A DNA stretch of 64,000 bases from a phage. The stretch lies in the sequence record PZ027503.1. One strand, given 5' to 3'. Of this stretch, positions 62,324 through 64,000 are shown piece after piece. Below the pieces are notes generated by a model. It made no database searches. It was given only the letters and a program-made list of their open reading frames with translations, and was not told where the DNA came from. Position numbers and translations under genes: made by a program. Position 1 is the first letter of the stretch; each line of letters opens with the position of its first letter.

Positions 62324-62926
62324 ATGACTGATAAAATTTCCCTGAAAAAAGGCTCTAGCGAAAAAATTTCCCTGAAGAAAGTTGCTCCGGCTCTGAAAGA
62401 ACTGCGCCTGGAATTCTCTTGGAAATCTGATTCTAAACTGGATCTGGATGTAAGTGCACTGGTTTGTCGTCATAATGCCGCTGGCAATCCTGAAATGCTG
62501 TCTGCACGTCATCTGGTTTGCTACGCTAACAAGTTTGATCCTGAACGTTCTACCTTCGCTGGTGACGATGTTCGTGATGGGACTGGCAGCATGGAGCAGA
62601 TTGATATTACTCTGGCTAAAATTTCTCCTGATGCACAAGAGATTGCCTTTGTTCTGACCATTGATGATGATACAGGTCTGAAACGTTTTGGTCATGCTTC
62701 TGAAGGTATGCTTAAAATCTTTGACTCCGAACGCAATGTGGAAATTCTGGATTTTGACTTCCTGGCTCCTGAAGTAGCTGGTAACACAATCTGCCACGTG
62801 GCTTCCTTGGTTCGTGAAGATGGGGAATGGAAGCTGAAAGCATATGGTGTAGGTAAAGCTGGTCTGGATATTTGCGATGTGGTGATGGCCTTCGGTGGTA
62901 AAAAAGAATGGTATGAATGTCCATAA
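62324..62926 (+). CDS. TerD-family protein
   Basis: 200 aa; duplicated KISLKK N-terminus, LDLDVSALV, EIAFVLTID, C-terminal GEWKLKAYGVG. Confidence 0.7.
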   Translation: MTDKISLKKGSSEKISLKKVAPALKELRLEFSWKSDSKLDLDVSALVCRHNAAGNPEMLSARHLVCYANKFDPERSTFAGDDVRDGTGSMEQIDITLAKISPDAQEIAFVLTIDDDTGLKRFGHASEGMLKIFDSERNVEILDFDFLAPEVAGNTICHVASLVREDGEWKLKAYGVGKAGLDICDVVMAFGGKKEWYECP

Positions 62927-62944
62927 TAATTAACAAATGATTTT

Positions 62945-62964
62945 GAGGGGGAGAAATCCCCCTC
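62945..62964 (+). terminator. probable terminator hairpin
   Basis: GAGGGGGAGAAATCCCCCTC; weak T-run. Confidence 0.4.
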
Positions 62965-62993
62965 TTGCAATAAAGCCTCTATCGTGTTATACT
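62965..62993 (+). promoter_or_regulatory. sigma70-like promoter
   Basis: TTGCAA-N17-TATACT upstream of AAAGGAGG RBS. Confidence 0.45.
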
Positions 62994-63025
62994 AGAAATT
63001 CGTTAACTTAAAAAGGAGGCAAAAT

Positions 63026-63547
63026 TTGCTGATAAAAAACTTTGTAACAGTTGCGTTACTATCCTTAACTGCTTTTACATTTACACCTGTTGTGGCGAAA
63101 GCCGAAGCTGCAAACGTAAAAACCGCTAAAGTAGTTCACAAATGTACAAAGCAATATAATGATAAAATTCTATTAGCTTGTGCAATTTACGCAGAAGGTC
63201 GAGGTCTGGGTAAAAAAGGAATGAATGCCGTTGGGAATGTGGTAATCAACAGAAGAAATGATACCTACTTCCCTAACACAGTCAGAGGAGTCTTGTTCCA
63301 GAAAGGGCAATTCTCATATGCGAAAACTTTTAACGTAACAGAGAAAGATAAGTGGCAAGAAGCAAAAGCAATAGCGGAGCGTTTACTTTATTTAGAGAAA
63401 CATTTTCCTGAATTGCGGTCTGTTTTAGATGTTACTAAAGGTGCTCTATACTTCAAGAAACGGAATATAAGGACACACTGGGAACGTGATATGCGTCTTG
63501 TTTATCGAGATAAAGTGCATGGTTTCTATCTACCAAAGGGGAGTTAA
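63026..63547 (+). CDS. secreted SleB-like cell-wall hydrolase (TTG start)
   Basis: signal peptide; AIYAEGRG ... AVGNVVINR ... VRGVLFQKGQFS motifs. Confidence 0.65.
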   Translation: MLIKNFVTVALLSLTAFTFTPVVAKAEAANVKTAKVVHKCTKQYNDKILLACAIYAEGRGLGKKGMNAVGNVVINRRNDTYFPNTVRGVLFQKGQFSYAKTFNVTEKDKWQEAKAIAERLLYLEKHFPELRSVLDVTKGALYFKKRNIRTHWERDMRLVYRDKVHGFYLPKGS

Positions 63548-63548
63548 A

Positions 63549-63833
63549 ATGCAAGAAGATAATACTGTTGTTGTAGCAAGTTACCTGGTTGTCGGTCTTA
63601 CTGAAGAGGATGTATACTACACCCGTAAGCATTTAGAAGCATATGCTACTTTGTTTATGGAAGATGAAAAGGATGTAGATAAATATAGCATTGACATGAT
63701 CAACGACAGTATTTATCCTTGTATGGTTCTTAAAGTAGATGCTGTATTGTGGGAGCGTTTTGCAAGGACTCATGATGCTGTAGAATGCTCCGCAGTAATG
63801 TCTCAAAACAATATTTTAGGGGAGATTCACTGA
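63549..63833 (+). CDS. hypothetical protein (94 aa)
   Basis: ORF track frame; ATG after AAGGGGAG. Confidence 0.55.
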   Translation: MQEDNTVVVASYLVVGLTEEDVYYTRKHLEAYATLFMEDEKDVDKYSIDMINDSIYPCMVLKVDAVLWERFARTHDAVECSAVMSQNNILGEIH

Positions 63834-64000
63834 TGGGAGAAGTCATTGAAGTCAATTTTCGCACTAAACAGAAAGTGCAAAAATATGTCGTTATTAAAAA
63901 CATTTGCGTTGTCTGCTTCAATACAGTAATATACGACTCACGACGCGGAGAAAACGAAAATGAACCTTACATTGAAATTTCTAAGAACAAAGGTCAATGT
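63833..64000 (+). CDS. hypothetical protein, 3' end beyond window
   Basis: open frame from ATG 63833 to window edge. Confidence 0.4.
   Translation, partial: MGEVIEVNFRTKQKVQKYVVIKNICVVCFNTVIYDSRRGENENEPYIEISKNKGQC

Noticed and set aside
1-64000. tRNA or rRNA genes
   Set aside because: No stretch with the conserved T-arm (GGTTCGAATCC-like) and acceptor-stem pairing was found by eye in non-coding regions; the one GGGATTCGAAC match at about 880 is inside the Sir2 coding sequence. An automated tRNA scan would still be needed.

Overview
The window reads as a densely packed genome segment of a large virulent dsDNA bacteriophage (host-takeover and nucleotide-metabolism region); no rRNA, tRNA, CRISPR array or transposase was found by eye. 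Layout: (1) 1-2.0 kb, a short rightward operon with a Sir2-family gene; (2) 2.0-20.3 kb, about 60 small leftward early-type ORFs, including a serine recombinase and a seven-member paralogous family; (3) 20.3-21.9 kb, a gene-free AT-rich repeat region; (4) 21.9-32.8 kb, a leftward island of small ORFs in which nearly every gene is preceded by a conserved promoter plus GC-rich 5' stem-loop cassette (more than 20 copies, PeSL-like); (5) 33.3-34.0 kb, a second non-coding hub with palindromes and iteron-like direct repeats; (6) 34.1-40.4 kb, leftward genes including a NADAR/YbiA-like protein, a zinc-ribbon/GIY-YIG-like protein and a P-loop ATPase; (7) 40.5-64.0 kb, a rightward cluster with a UvrD-like helicase, MazG-like protein, nrdD/nrdG, a HAD hydrolase, PRTase and macro-domain trio, TerC, SprT-like, vWA and TerD-like proteins and a SleB-like cell-wall hydrolase. 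Most ORFs have no recognisable function. All calls rest on reading the sequence and the ORF track; no database search was run, so domain assignments are motif-level recognitions and the phage lineage is undetermined. The most interesting candidates for something new are the stem-loop cassette island, the Ter-type module linked to ADP-ribose/NAD-type domains, and the expanded paralog family.
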